Shown: piece by piece, positions 38,351 to 51,894 of the stretch
Layout of the letters: the number at the start of each line of letters is the position of its first letter
How positions within the stretch are numbered: the stretch's first letter is position 1
Assembly: GCA_024137785.1 (NCBI GenBank)
Contig: JAHRHZ010000056.1
Coordinates: forward strand, 11,002,433-11,066,432
Length of the DNA stretch: 64,000 nucleotides
Origin: Ginglymostoma cirratum
Lineage: Eukaryota
Reading direction: 5' to 3'
Notes under the pieces: model-generated
What the model was told of the DNA's origin: nothing
Databases searched by the model: none
The model's input: the letters and a program-made list of their open reading frames with translations, nothing else
Position numbers and translations under genes: made by a program

Positions 38351-39153
38351 TAAACCTATCCCAAACTCAGGAGGCCTGATGAACTGCAGCATGTCAAATG
38401 ATGTTTTCACTTATGTTTCTTTCAAAGTTACAACTAAGAGTTCATCCACAGTTTTCAGTTGCACAGACAAATTGTATGGGCTTTCCCTGTCTGTTAATGT
38501 TCAGATGGTTCAGTAATGTGTCTTTCATAATTGAATAAACATTTCAACTTTAAAGAAGTGCTTTCCTGAGGCCACAAATCAATTTTCACATAGTTTTAAT
38601 TGTTTTTACCTTAATTTGATTGTTATAAGCCTTTGTTTTGTAGCTCACTTTGCAATGAAAATGTCATCACATTACAGGCAGACTTTGCTTCCTTGCACAC
38701 GTCCTGCACAATGGTCATTTCTTGATGATGCCTGTATATTCTAGCTGGATTGACTTCCATCATATTGCACAGATTCATGGATGAATATACCTTTATGGTT
38801 TGAAATTGAGTTTATCTCCTTATCTATCACAATACCAAAGATATATTTCTGGTAGTCTTACTGGGCTTTCCCAGCAGCTTTCAAGTTTTTTCTTAAAATA
38901 AAATACCATTATTAGAACCAAAACATTCTCTCCTGGTTATTTAAATCATGAAGTGATATATCTAAAGGATAACATCAATTAATACTCAAATCTTTTCTAT
39001 TCTTTTCTTTTTATACGTGAATAGATAAATAATCTACATTGCTTCATTATATATAAAAATAACAATTTCCTGGTTCCAAATTTGAAATGAGGAGCTCCAT
39101 CAAAAAGCTTTCCCATTCCTTTCCAGAGTAAAATCCAAGGTTAGGCAATTGTT

Positions 39154-39242
39154 ATGAAGGGTGTAGGCCCGAAACGTCAACTTTTCCTGCTCCTATGATG
39201 CTGCTTGACCTGCTGTGTTCATCCAGCCCCACGTTTGTTATC
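39154..39242 (+). mobile_element. 89-bp 5'-truncated Penelope pLTR terminus with perfect TSD
   Basis: Closely matches 14779-14868; TTAGGCAATTGTT at 39141-39153 and 39243-39255. Confidence 0.85.
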
Positions 39243-39540
39243 TTAGGCAATTGTTCCTTGACAATCTATCTTTAGTAAGTAGTCTCAAAACCATCCTCTC
39301 AGGTAAGTCCACTTTTCTTCTGTAATATGAGACCAAAAGTGAATGCAATGCCCAGATGTGAGGTTAGATCCCTTCTTGCTGTCACCTCATTCATGCACCA
39401 TTTAAGCTTTGAGCTACATTGTCATTGTAAAACTCATTTTTTTGTTGGAATTCCATCTGTCGTAGCATGGCCATTAACACACAGTTTACCCACATTCTAT
39501 TAGATTATCACTTGTTGGTGATATCAATCACATTTCAAAA

Positions 39541-39850
39541 TGATAGGACCCCCTACAGTGTAGAAACAGGCCTTTCGGCCCTAACAAGTCCACACCAACC
39601 CTCAGAGCATCCCACCCCAACCCATTCGCCTAGTCTACAAACCCCTAAACACTATGGGCAATTCAGCATGGCCAACCCACCTAGACTGCACATCTTTGGA
39701 CTGTGGGAGGAAACCAGAACACCCAGAGGAAACCCACGCAGACACAGGGAGAATGTGCAAACTCCACACAGACAGTCACCCGAGGGTGGAATTGAACCCA
39801 GGTCTCTGGCGCTGTGAGGTAGCAGTGCGAACCACTGTGCCACTGTGCTC
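39541..39850 (-). mobile_element. HE1-type V-SINE
   Basis: cacagtggcacagtggttcgcactgctacctcacagcgccagagacctgggttcaattcc head; gtctgcgtgggtttcctc core. Confidence 0.88.
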
Positions 39851-40879
39851 TCTCATGAGAGTCATGCTCTTACTCATTAATGGAAGTTCAATGTCTAGAT
39901 CTTTCATATTATCCATCATCAAAGTTTTCAACTATCTTCTATCTATCAAGATAAGACTCAGAGAACATAACTTTGAAGAATCACATCATGGCCCTTTTTA
40001 AAAAATGGGCTCGCATTTGCTACCTTCCAATTCATTGAGCTTTTGTTATAAGTCCACTAAAATTGGGGGTACACTGGTAATGGAATTAGTAACATTTTCC
40101 AATCACTCGATGGGAGGAAATCATCATTGACTGTTCAGCTTCTCATACATTTCTCCAATGCCCAGGATTATATCACAAGAATTCCAGCCTGCTCGTTCTT
40201 TGGGATTCTTCTCTTAACTCAGACTTCCATCCCCATTTCACAGAGTCACAGCATAATGATTTAGTAACTCTTCTACTTTTTCGTCCTTACAGAAGTGACT
40301 CACTGCTTCTCTTCACCTTGCTCTTATTCCTGATAAAGAATTGTTTTAATTAATATTGTTTTCCAGCCTTTTCCTACTCCTTCCATGTTCCTTCTTGTTT
40401 CTTTTAGCAGTTGCTTCGTCATCATTTTTAAAAAAAAATATACAGGGGATGTGGGCTTAGCTGTTTGAGCCATAATTTTTTTTTGCCAATCCCTAATTGT
40501 ATTTAAGGTGGTGATGGTGAGCTGCATGATATTCCTTCCTTTTCCTTTCTCTTTTTCTTTGCGCCAGAATTTTCAATACCCTTTGTCCAGGATAGGGTTG
40601 TGAATAAAAATGTATTCTTGAAACATTTCATTCCATGACTTGCCCCATGTTCCAGCCAATGGTCAGCCAACCCACCCCCTCCTTGTCGTAACATCTTCCG
40701 ATAATATTTGAAAAGCTAAAAGACTGGTTACTCAATTGGATAATACTTTGCTGCCAGCAAAACATCACATTTCCCCGTAATTTTAATATTTCAAGATCTG
40801 GTAAAGAAAGTGTTCAAAGGAAAATAGTGAAGAAAATGTATTTTTTTTTTACATCCATAATATTTTTCTCTAGAGTGTA

Positions 40880-42215
40880 ACACATCAGGATCCTGAAGAT
40901 TAACATTCAGTTCTTGAAGGGATCAGTGCCTTGCAGGTTGGCACCTAGAAATAATTATTTGGGATAGAATTAATAGTCACTTGAGAAAATTGTGATTTAA
41001 TTCAGAAGGATCAGCATAGATTCGTTAAGTGGAATTTAAGTCTAACTAACTGAATTATCTTGAAATGCAACGGAGAGGGTTGATGAGGGCAGTGCTGTTG
41101 ATGTGACATGGACAATTAAAGGTTTGATACAATGCTACACAACAGCCTTGTAAGAAAAATGATAGGTTATGGAATAAAAGAGATTGTATTAATATGGGTA
41201 CAAAATTGGCTGAGCAATAGAAAATAGAGGGTAATGAATAATGATAAATTTTCAGGCTGCAAGAAGGTTTGGTATTGGGACCTTTGTTTTCCTTTCTACA
41301 TATAAACAATAATGATATTGATGTGCAGGGGACAATGTCAAAGTTTGCGGAGAATTTTGGGAGAAATGTAAACTGTGGAGGACAACGTAAAACATCAACA
41401 GGGCATTCACAAGTTTGCGGAGTGGATGGATCATGGCAGGTGATGCTCGATACTGAGCAATATTGAAATGATATGCTTTGGTTCAAAGAAAACAGACAGG
41501 CAGTGTAACTTAAAGATGAGCAGGAGTATAGAGACTTAGGCATAGGTACCTGAGTTATTAAAGGTAAAAGGACAGGTAAAGAGAGAAATTAATAAAACAG
41601 ATAATATTCTAGGCTTCATTAATAGTGGCATTGAGTACAAAAACTGGAAGATGATGCTAAATCTGTATAGGACACTATTTGGACCTCAGCTCAAGTATTG
41701 TGTCCAGGTTAGTGCTCCATACTTTAGGAAGGTGTGAATACATTTGAAAGAGAGCGGAAGAGGTTTATGAGAATGGTTCCAGGGCTAGACAACTCAGTTA
41801 TAAGGATAGGTTGGAGAAGTTGGACTGTTTCGTTTGGAGAAGCCAAGGCCAAAGAGTGATTTGATAGAAGTTTTCAAAATCATGATGTATCTGGGCAGAG
41901 GGAGAACTGTTCCTTCATGCAAATGGATTGAGAACCAGACACCGCATTTTTAAAATGCTTTGCAAAAAAAGCAAATACAAAAGTCAGAAGAAAAACTTTT
42001 TCTCACAGCAAGTGGTCTAGTTTTGAAATGCTCTACCTGAAAATGTGGTGGAGGCAGATTCAATTGAGACATTCAAAAGGCCATAGGATGATTATTTAAA
42101 TAGATACAGAGTACAGGAGAAAAGAAATAGGTTTGACACAAAATCAAAATACTCACAGAGCTAGTTATGACATGATGGGCCAATTGGCCTCCTTCTCTAT
42201 CTTTACAATTCTGTA
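40880..42215 (+). mobile_element. CR1-type LINE fragment (~1.3 kb RT + 3' UTR), degenerate
   Basis: SKFAE (YADD-like), YKDRLEKLDCF, tail gatgggccaattggcctccttct. Confidence 0.85.
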
Positions 42216-43624
42216 ATTTTAGTCCAGTAGGCTTTCCATTGTCTCTCTATTTAACCAAGTTGCTTTTACACTCTGTTGCCTGCCACTGACGTATTTCTGG
42301 AATAATCTGCTTCTGTGGTACATTAATTAATAATACTTCTTAAAGAATTATTATTTTCCCACTTAAACTGATATAGTCCTTCTTATTTATTCCTTAGTAT
42401 GTTTATTGCAGGATACCAGTAGATCTCCTTTAATGTCCTTTGCAGATTTTTACTGGTTTGTTAGCTGCTCTCTTTTTCTTTCAATCTAAACATTAACAAC
42501 TTTGACCTTAAGGGGATACTTTTTGCCAAATGCTTTAGACAGTGAAGAGCTCTCAAAAAACTCTCAGCACTGGGAACAGAAATGAATACTGTCATTCATA
42601 CCCTTAAATTAACAGTAATTGAACCTTTCCACCTGGTTCCTGAAGTTTGCTTTATAGGATTTCCTTTCTACATTGAGTTGTGTTGCCATTTTCCCACATC
42701 AATTAAAATATAATATTCTTAATCATGCTTAAAAATGATTCTATCAATCTCTTTAACCACGGACTTTCTTGCATTTACAGTGTTATGCTTAAGTTATCTG
42801 TTCCATATTCTCCTTGAGAAATTGTTTGATACCCTGTACAAGTAGTTTGCTCAGAGTTAACATTCTCTATAGATTTGATCTTTGTTTGTTTTCTTCAAAC
42901 AACATTGCTCTGTATGAGGTGGAGGTCAAGGTGGTGACAAAACAAGAAGGGTCAAAGAAGTGGAGACTTTAATGCAAGACTTCACTGAATAAATTATTGC
43001 AGAATTTGGTCTAACATTCAGCCAGCTTGATTACCTGGGCAGTTGGCAGGAATTGGAATCTAGTAGCGGGAAGACACAGTAGGAGGTGTGAAGGTACTGA
43101 ACCGCGGGATCATGCTGGGGTGGCGTCTGCTGACAAAAGGGAGAATCTACAATTGTGAGTAGGGAGGTGCTGTCCTCAATCTGAGGAAGACTCTGGCTGC
43201 AATTGGTAATTGCATCTGGCCTTGATTGGGAAGGGATGGCTCATAGGCTATTATTGCGAGGGTGTGTTCTGGGGAAGGAAGAGCAGAAGCTACCTTTAGC
43301 ACCCTGCCTTCCTTTCCCACAAAGAAACTTTAACTCTTCAGGTCCTCAATCTGATTGTTAACCAGTTTACCTACTAGGAAAGCCAACTCTGCTTCCCTGC
43401 AATGTCTTGAACAAAAATTACAGATTGTTCTCTTGGATCAATCTGCACAGAAAAAATAAGAGCCCATTTGCTTCCTATGACTGTAATGCTCATTTGCTCA
43501 GATTCAGATGATGTGGCAGAAAAGTAGTAGGATCAAAATAGAAAATGACAGCCTTTATTTTAATATATCTACTCCATCCAAATTCTGCTAGGCTGGGGTA
43601 GTTAAAATAAGAGCCATTACTTTC

Positions 43625-43953
43625 GAATCATAGAATTCCTACAGTGTGAAAGCAGGTCGTTCGGCCCACCAAGTCAACACCAACCCTCCAAAGACCCACC
43701 AAATCCATGCACTTCCCATGGCTACTCCACCTAACCTGCACATCCCAGGACACTATGGGCAATTTAACATGGCCAATCCACCTAATCTACATATTTTCGG
43801 ACTGTGGGAGGAAACCAGAACACCCAGCGGAAACCCACGCAGACATGAGGAGAATGTGCAAACTCCACACGGGCAATCATCTGTGTTGGAATCAAATACA
43901 AGTCCCTGGCACTATGAGACAGCAGGACTAACCACTGAGCCACTGTACCACCA
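43625..43953 (-). mobile_element. HE1-type V-SINE
   Basis: Same head, core and tail as copies at 19957 and 39541. Confidence 0.85.
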
Positions 43954-45743
43954 CTTGGCTTGGGGGCTTAAAGGATGGTGGAGGGTGAAGCATCCTCACA
44001 TTGCTCCTGCTGTGAGCCTCCAACAAAGTTTTTACCTGATGTAGCACTACTTATCTTATTTCCTGAAGTAAAAGAGAATGGCTGTGGTAACCTGGTAATG
44101 AAGAATTCAACAAATGTTTATTGCAAATAGCATTTTTGTAAAAACACTACAGTCCTCAGGTATGGTACATAGATTTCATGCTGTGGAGCATGCTTCCAGT
44201 AGAAAGAGAGAGTATGAATGTTCATGCGCTGAGGTCACATACCATGATATAGCGATGATATTGTGGGCATAGCTCTTAAAGTTATACTGGGACATATTGA
44301 CCATCAAATATAACACAGAGCTGCCCTTCTTTATTTGCTGAATAATTTGTAGGCATATACTGATTTAAAGAGACACCATATACACAGTTTATTGCAATAG
44401 GGTAAATCTTACACAAAAATTTCTCCCAAAGCCTGCATTCAAAGATCAATTTGTCAGTTTGCCAAAAAGCCTGCAGAAAACCAACACTTTATAGAACCAC
44501 TATTAATAATGATCGTACAGGCTCATTTAAAGATGCTGAGATAACTAAATTAATGATCCTGTGGAAGTGGCATTGGGTGGTTTGGACCCTGTAGGTGAGA
44601 AAGACAAGTGCTGATAGTGGGATGTAACAAGAATCTAAACCAGCAGAAATAAAAAAGGAGATCGAAGTGCGGGTCAATCAATAGAGTCCATTGGATACCT
44701 TGATACATTTATAATCAACAAACTGTTGAGCTCTACAAATGTTCTCCATGCAAAAGTAGAAGGAAGAAAAAGTATAAGAATCTCTTCATGAAACATAACA
44801 ATGCTTTTGTTAACTCCCTGCTGCAAATCTTGTGAATGCACTTTTCATCATGCATTGTCATCAGTTATGTTCTATTATCATCTGATTTCATTAGTGTACA
44901 TTCTTTAACATATTAATTGAAACTCTGTTTTAAATAGAAATACTTACTGCTGAATGCACAAATGGATTAAAACAGCCAAATCCAAGGACACATGAGGTCT
45001 GTGATTGAATGCACTGTGTCATCTAATAAAGCTCTCATATATTCTGAATGAGCTATTACCACTTGAGAAACCAAAAATGTGTGGAGTTGGAGAGACTCAG
45101 TTAACAACTTATGCATTTCCCATTAGCAAAAATATTTTCACTAGTAAGATTTCCTATTGATATGCAGATGTGATATGTAAAATACTAATTTTTAACATAA
45201 TTAAATGAATATAAATATATATTAACTTTTTGTGAAGACTACTTTGCAATGTAGTTGAATTTATAATGGACAAGCTGCTTGGATGTAGACATCGTTTGTC
45301 TTTTCTATCTTTCTCTGAGAACTTTTCCAGCAAAGTTTGTGTGTTCAACACTCAATGGAAGGCTTCACCACTGCAAGTGGAAAATTCTTAAAGGAGAGTT
45401 TTGAATCTACACCACAGACTCCAGAAAAACAGAATTCAGCCAGCTACTACTGATCCAGGAAGAGACCACAGCTTGTGTAGAAAGCCACTTCAGTCGAGAA
45501 CAGGCATTTAGGATAATCAGCGAATAAGTCTGTTACCCTAAATTTAACTGTTACTTGGCCAAATCTTACTTAATACAACACTCCACAGAGTTGTACATTT
45601 TTCCCCAGCTCAGATGTAATTAAGTGTGTATGCATGTTTTTTACGTGTGTATTTGTTCAAAGAGGGATAGTTGGACATATCTGCATATTAAAACTTTTTG
45701 TTAATAATCTTTGCTTGAGTACGTTTTGTTTGCAACAAAATAG

Positions 45744-46383
45744 TGTTATGGACCAAAGCCACACACCTTCAAAATATTAAGAAGATAGTCTAGACCCTCA
45801 CTTTTTCTTGTTTTAAAGGTAATGTAAGGCATTGTGTTTCGGATGCAATTCAATTGGTCAAACAACTCGACATTAAGCAAAATACACTTTATTTTTACAC
45901 TACAGTTAAAACACAAACAAAATAAAAATAAAATAAAAGAATTGGCTTAACTGTAACTTTATTGAAAAATGTAATTAAATAATATATGTTAGCTACTACT
46001 AATTAACTGTTCCAATATAGTAACATCTCATAAAGACATCCTTGGCAAAGGCAAATTCAGTAAAATAGGTGGTCTTACATGCAATTCTAGTAACTGGAAG
46101 AGAACCCTAGCTTTTAGCTGGAACAGAGGGAGGAATAAGAGCTTTCACATCCATCTTCAAACCCCAGCAACTGTTAAATGCTAAAACTAAAAATCCTTGT
46201 TCTGTGGGCGCTTGACCCCACCCATTCAGGTTGCTTCTATTGTTCCAACTTAAAAAAAACCCAAGGCCTCACAAGCTGTTTACTTCATTGGTTTTGATCA
46301 GATCACTCTGTACCTCTGTCTCAACCTTTCTTCATTAAATAAAGAGGGCAAAATACACCTTTTAAAGCCGTAGTATCATCACA
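45744..46383. mobile_element. Solo-LTR-like element
   Basis: TGTTATG...CATCACA termini, ~640 bp, flanks ATAG / ATAA; no ORF. Confidence 0.45.
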
Positions 46384-46921
46384 ATAATTCTTTACTTATT
46401 AACTAAAGGAAAATGGCTGACTTTTACATTTACAATCTAATATATAATTGGCATATCACTTCCAATTTAAAGTCAAACTCTTGTGGAAAAGTGAGACAAG
46501 GAAAAGAAAAACAACAGAATACACAAGAAAGTTCAGCCCACTAACTGAGTGTGTAACACTATACAGTGAGCTGCAGAAAGTGTGATGATAAATGTGACTG
46601 TTAATTAATGCATATTAGGAGATATTGATAAAATAATCAGTCATGTGGTTGAGCTAGGCGATATGTGCTTCTAGTATAATACTCAGTGAATAAAACAAAA
46701 GACTGAGTAAAAACTGGCTTCAGTATCATCCTTCCACAAGGGGTTGCAGAAATATAACACCCATAAAATATTCCTGCTCCTACTTCTTATGTTCTTGAAT
46801 TGAGTTGAGGAACAGAGTAGCCACAACATAACTGAATGGCAGAGAAGTGCTGAAGGCTTGGATGTGTTCTAATGCTAGCCATCAATTTCCTACATCTAAT
46901 GAGAAGGTAACTAGTTAGGAG

Positions 46922-46998
46922 AGGTGGTCTTGTAGCACAGTAGTAGTATCCCTGCTTCTGAATCAAAGGCCTTGGATTCAAGTCTCACTCCAGGATTT
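46922..46998 (+). mobile_element. tRNA-derived SINE head
   Basis: ggtcttgtagcacagtagtagt...ggattcaagtctc A/B-box-like motifs. Confidence 0.5.
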
Positions 46999-47392
46999 GA
47001 AAGTCAAGAAAAGTGCACTCACAACACAACCAAAAAGGAAGCATCCCGCATACACAAACAGCAGGCAGGAAAAGCAGGAGAAATTCCGTCAGTCATGCAA
47101 TGGAAAGATACTGGAATTGTTACCATCATTTTCTAGCAAACCAACAATTTATGTTGCCATGTCAGCACTGGATTTAGGACCCTCCTCCCTGTCCTACGCC
47201 TGGTGAAAGTTGTAACATAAAGGGTCAGACCTGCTCTTGGGCAGAGACCTCAGAAAGAAGTCTAGACTCAATTGGAAAATTATCATACTTTACTTCGTAT
47301 TAGTCAAGACAGTGATGTGTCAATCAAATCCAACTTGAAATGGTACTCGGAGAGCACTAACTTTGTAATTTTAGTGGTCAAGGTTATACTCC

Positions 47393-48742
47393 ACAGAATC
47401 AAAGAGTTGTTTCGGAGCAGAAGGAGGCCATTCAGTCATCGTGTCTGCACTAATTCTCTGTGCATTTTTTTTCTTTGCGCCATTCTCTTGTTTCTTACGT
47501 GTAGCCCAGAACATTGGATGATTATTTAAATGGAAAATGTTCTCTTGAATGCCTCAATTGAATCTGCCTCCACCACAGTTCCGGTAGTGCATTCCATTTG
47601 CTAACCACTCACTGTGTGAAAAGGTTTTTCCCACTTCACATTTGTTTTTCTTGCAAAACACTTTAAAACTGTATCCTTTGGGTTTTGACCCATTTACTAG
47701 TGGGAAACAGTTTCTCCTTACCCATTCTCTCTATATCACTCACGATTTTGAAAGCTTCTATCAAATCTCCTCTTAGCCTTCTCTCCAAGGAAAACAGTCC
47801 CCACTTCTCCAAGCTTTTTTCTTGGCATATCCATAGAGTTATATTCATAATATACACTGCACTGTCTCCAATGCATTCATACCCTCCCTATGCTGTAGAA
47901 CACAGAAATGTACATAATACTCCAGCTGACCTCTAACCAGAGTCTCTTGTCAGTTCATCATAACCCTTCCGACCAACCAGACCCCCTGCCCTTGGTTCTC
48001 TATGCCCCTATTCACAAAACCTACAATAGAATATGCTTAATCTATACCTACCCTGCCATCTTTAATAACTTATGTACATATAAACCCAGATCGTTATGCT
48101 CCTGTACAACATTTAGAACAGTACCTTTTTTTTCTGTGTTCTTTTTACCAGAGTGTATTACTTCACACTTCTTCACATTGAGCTTATTCTGATATCTAGC
48201 CACCTACTCCTCCAATATATTATTGTTGTTTTGGAGTTCTCCAATGTCCTCCTCACAGTTTACAATTCTCCCAAATTTTGTGTCATCTGCAAATGTTGAA
48301 ATTACCCCGGCACACAAGATCTAAATCCTTTGTACATCAGAAAAGGAGCAAACTCCCAGTACTGACCCCTGGGGAACTCCACTACAGAACTTCTTCCAGC
48401 CAGAAAAGTAACTCCAATTAGTCTTTCTCTCCTATCTCCCAGACAATGTTGCATCCATTTTGCTACTGTTCCTTTTACTCCATAACCTATAAATTTAGTC
48501 ACAAGGCTTTCGTATGGCATTGTATCCAATGCCCTTTAGAAGCCCACGTGCACCACATTAATACTGCACCTATTACCTCTTTAAAAATCTTCAACTAGTT
48601 CGACTCAATTTTCCTTGAACAAGCGCATGCTGACTCTTCCCAAATAACTCTCAGTTTTGTTCCACGTGTCTATTAATTTGATGTAACAATAATTGTTACT
48701 AGAAGTTTTCTCCCCACCACCGAAGTTAACCTGACTGGTCTA
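47393..48742 (-). mobile_element. CR1-type LINE fragment (~1.35 kb), degenerate
   Basis: LEKWGLFSLERRLRGDLIEAFKI; FADD (tttgcagatgac); 3' tail at ~47395-47430. Confidence 0.85.
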
Positions 48743-51399
48743 AATCACAGAATCTATTCCAAGATATTTTGTAATCAAGTTGCTCAGAAATGATATGGCA
48801 TAGGTCTGAAGCTGCTCAGAGGTAGGGGACACTGCAGAATCGACTCCAAATGGCAAGGTGGTAGTTTTCAACATTTGTACTGAGACATTAGAGGCAGTTT
48901 GGTGGCTCAGCTAAGATATACATAAAAGTATCTCAGCTGTCTTTTAAAGTTGAGAAATATAGCAAGTCGAAATTTTACAGCAGTGTTTGGTGTAATTTTC
49001 GTTTGAGTCATGCATGGTGAAACGAGGGTCAGGGAAGGGAAAATGTAATAATGTGTGACCCCTCCGCAAGAGACCTGGCCTCTTTCGCACCGCACCTACT
49101 TCTTCAGGAGCACCACGTAGACACTGCAGACAGCGATAGGGGTTGCTAGCACCGTCCGATGGGAAATGGTGCTTGCACCAAAATAATTTTAAAAAACAAC
49201 GTTGATTTTAATTCTCCCGAAACAGCCCGGGCTCAAGAACGATATGGTGATTTTAATCGGAATCCTCAACTATTTTCTGTGCTTACTGTATAGTGAATAC
49301 CATAACACCATAGAGCCTGACATTCCTGCCTTCTTCTTTGGGATCCAAAAAAACATGTTAACTAATTCATCCCATCTGCAACTGGAATAGTGTTGATGTA
49401 AGCGAGTTTAACGCATCCCATATGTGGAGCTCTCTACTCGGTATCAGAAAGAGAAATCACTGTGCAGTTCGGGAGAATCTTTTCAATGTTCATTTTTGGG
49501 TTGTTTTGGGTCAGGAATACAACATCAACAGGAAAAAAATATACATTTCTCATCTTTTTGTTCAGATTTGATCGACTGACGCTAACTAGTGATTCCATCT
49601 GGTTTGTAGAAGTGCACCGAGCCCTCACCAACTGTATTGAGTTAAACATTCACCTCCAATTTATATAAACGAAAATTTGACCCTCCACCCACACCCACAC
49701 CACCTGTAGAACCTTCTCCCTCAGTGGTCTCAATGTAGAAAATACTGCTCCTCACCACGAACAATTCTTCCACCGTTACGTAAGGGAAGCTGGTAGGAGT
49801 CTCCTGAGGTCGAGCTCAGAGGCTTCAGGCTAGTCACTGTGCGGGGAACTGTCAGTTCAGGCAGAGAGGGGGGATTACTTCCAAACCCAGGACACAGCGA
49901 TCATTTGCGTTTTATGCCACTCGGCAAACGCAATTGAAGCACAAGCCCAGGTGGATGCAAGTCTCAAACGTGTTCACGTGCGCAATGTATTAAATCAAAG
50001 TGGAAGGTGAACACAGCAGTTGTGATGCTTTTAGTGTGACAACACGATTATTCGCAGCTATTATTACATTCAAAGTAGCACACCTTCTACATACTGTCAA
50101 ATCTCCTATCGCCCACCCCTACTCTGTCTTGGAGTGCACATTTCGTGGTAGGAAACGTGCAGCCCACAAGGAATTTTGTTCAACTGTGCCTCTTGATGAT
50201 CTTTTTAGCAGCGCTGCACGGTTACCACATCCACCGCGGGCTTTGCAAAACCGTTTTCATTCATGTCGTCAATTCACCAAACTATCACAAAGTGAGCTAA
50301 ACTACTACATTAATACACCGCCCGTGACTTGGAACCCCTGCTTTGTTTCTTTCAAGTCCTCCACGTTATGAGAAAAGGATTTTGTGACTGGCGGAAAATT
50401 TAGCATGTTCGCTCTGGGAGTTCCCTTTAGCTGTTGGTTTGTTCTGGAACGAATTTGTCACTTTATGTAGTTATTTTTTTAAACCTCTAAAAATAAGAAG
50501 TTGAACTGTTAGCGTTTTATGTGACTTACTGAAACATTGCTGCTTCTCAGAAGAATTACAATACACTACAGGTTTCGATCAAGCGCCACATCGCAATTCA
50601 TTAAATCCTGGGAGCAGGATGATTCGGGGGCACGTTCATTTCGATGTCGTTTCCTTTGGGGAAAAAGCAACCATTGACATCCCCGTCTCTTTGCCACATC
50701 TCACTTTGCAACTCTCCTCCCCAGCCCCCATACCAGGTCATCCTTATGGAAATAAGAGTGCTGAGGCATGAAAAAAACACTTCGACATCCTCACAGGTGT
50801 TGTTTATGAAGTAACAATCAAATAGTTGCAAACAAAATAAAAACACAGAGCCGCCTAATTCGTTGTCATGCAATGCTAGCAAGGTGCAAATGTTTTAGTT
50901 GAAACCAATCGAGTTCCGCTCAGGGAATAATGCCACTGTTAAACCCCTCAGGTTTATGACCGTTAGGTTTTTTTATATTTCAGTTCTAATGCTGCTGATT
51001 GAAAATTGCTGTTTAAACAGCAAACCATGAATACAGAGTAATCTCTTTGTTGGATTCACACTAGGCGACGGGTGATTCCATAACGGGAAATAAAATGCAG
51101 AAAAGTGATCACAACATTGACAATTTGACTTATTTCTGCGTTTAGATGTGTCTCATCTAAAATCCGGAAAACATTTGATTTGGATCTTTTCAAGTCTAGT
51201 GCCTTGGAGGTTTCCTCAGCGATTACTCCCCAACTTTTGTATTTTCTGAAAAAAAACTGATGAGTTGGCGTATCAATAAAAGTGATTACGTGTATGTTGG
51301 TTAGGAAGAGCTAAGCCGTTTCTTCACTTGAAAGTTTTCCAGCCCCTCTTTGACCCAGTCATGCTTCAACGTGTCTCTCTGCTCTGTAACAGCCTCTGA

Positions 51400-51860
51400 A
51401 ACGAAGCCAATAAAAAAAAGTGCCTTTGAAAAATGATGTGCCTTTGCCTAAAGAAGAATAGGTTTTAGAAAAAGAATTATGGTTCATCAAATTAAATGAG
51501 TCTTGCGTCGGGGTTAAGATGGGGGGGGGGGGGGCATAGAGAGGGAGGGAGGGCGTGGAGTGCAAGTATGAGTCCAACAGCCACATGGCGGCTCACACCA
51601 GCCATCCAGAATTCCCTCTTTCCACCCCGATTGGAGGAAGGCATCTATGTACATGTTAGTGGATGGTCAGAGACAACTGGACCCTCCCGCAGGCGGGGAC
51701 TTTGCCGGTCTCCAACTGGAGGAGGAGATTTGTTTCGGGGGGGGGGGGGCGGGAATGCCTGGAGATGGGCGGCAACCGTTCACACCTCCAAAGCCTGGCA
51801 CACATAAAAGGGCAGGCGATCTGCAAACGGAACAGTAGGAAGTTTCTGCTGGGGCTCGGT
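51400..51860 (+). promoter_or_regulatory. col1a1 proximal promoter
   Basis: TATA-like CATAAAAG 51803-51810; GC boxes ~51746-51753 and 51767-51772; CCAAT 51407-51411 and inverted ATTGG 51630-51634; G-runs; TSS inferred ~51832. Confidence 0.7.
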
Positions 51861-51894
51861 GCTGAAGCTTGGAATTACACACCAGAACCATTGC

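Noticed and set aside
19957-46998. tRNA genes at A/B-box-containing segments
   Set aside because: They are SINE heads followed by SINE bodies or decayed sequence; no complete cloverleaf.
40880-48742. Oppositely oriented CR1 fragments as the arms of one composite element
   Set aside because: The copies are substantially diverged with no shared boundaries or TSD; independent insertions of an abundant family are more likely.
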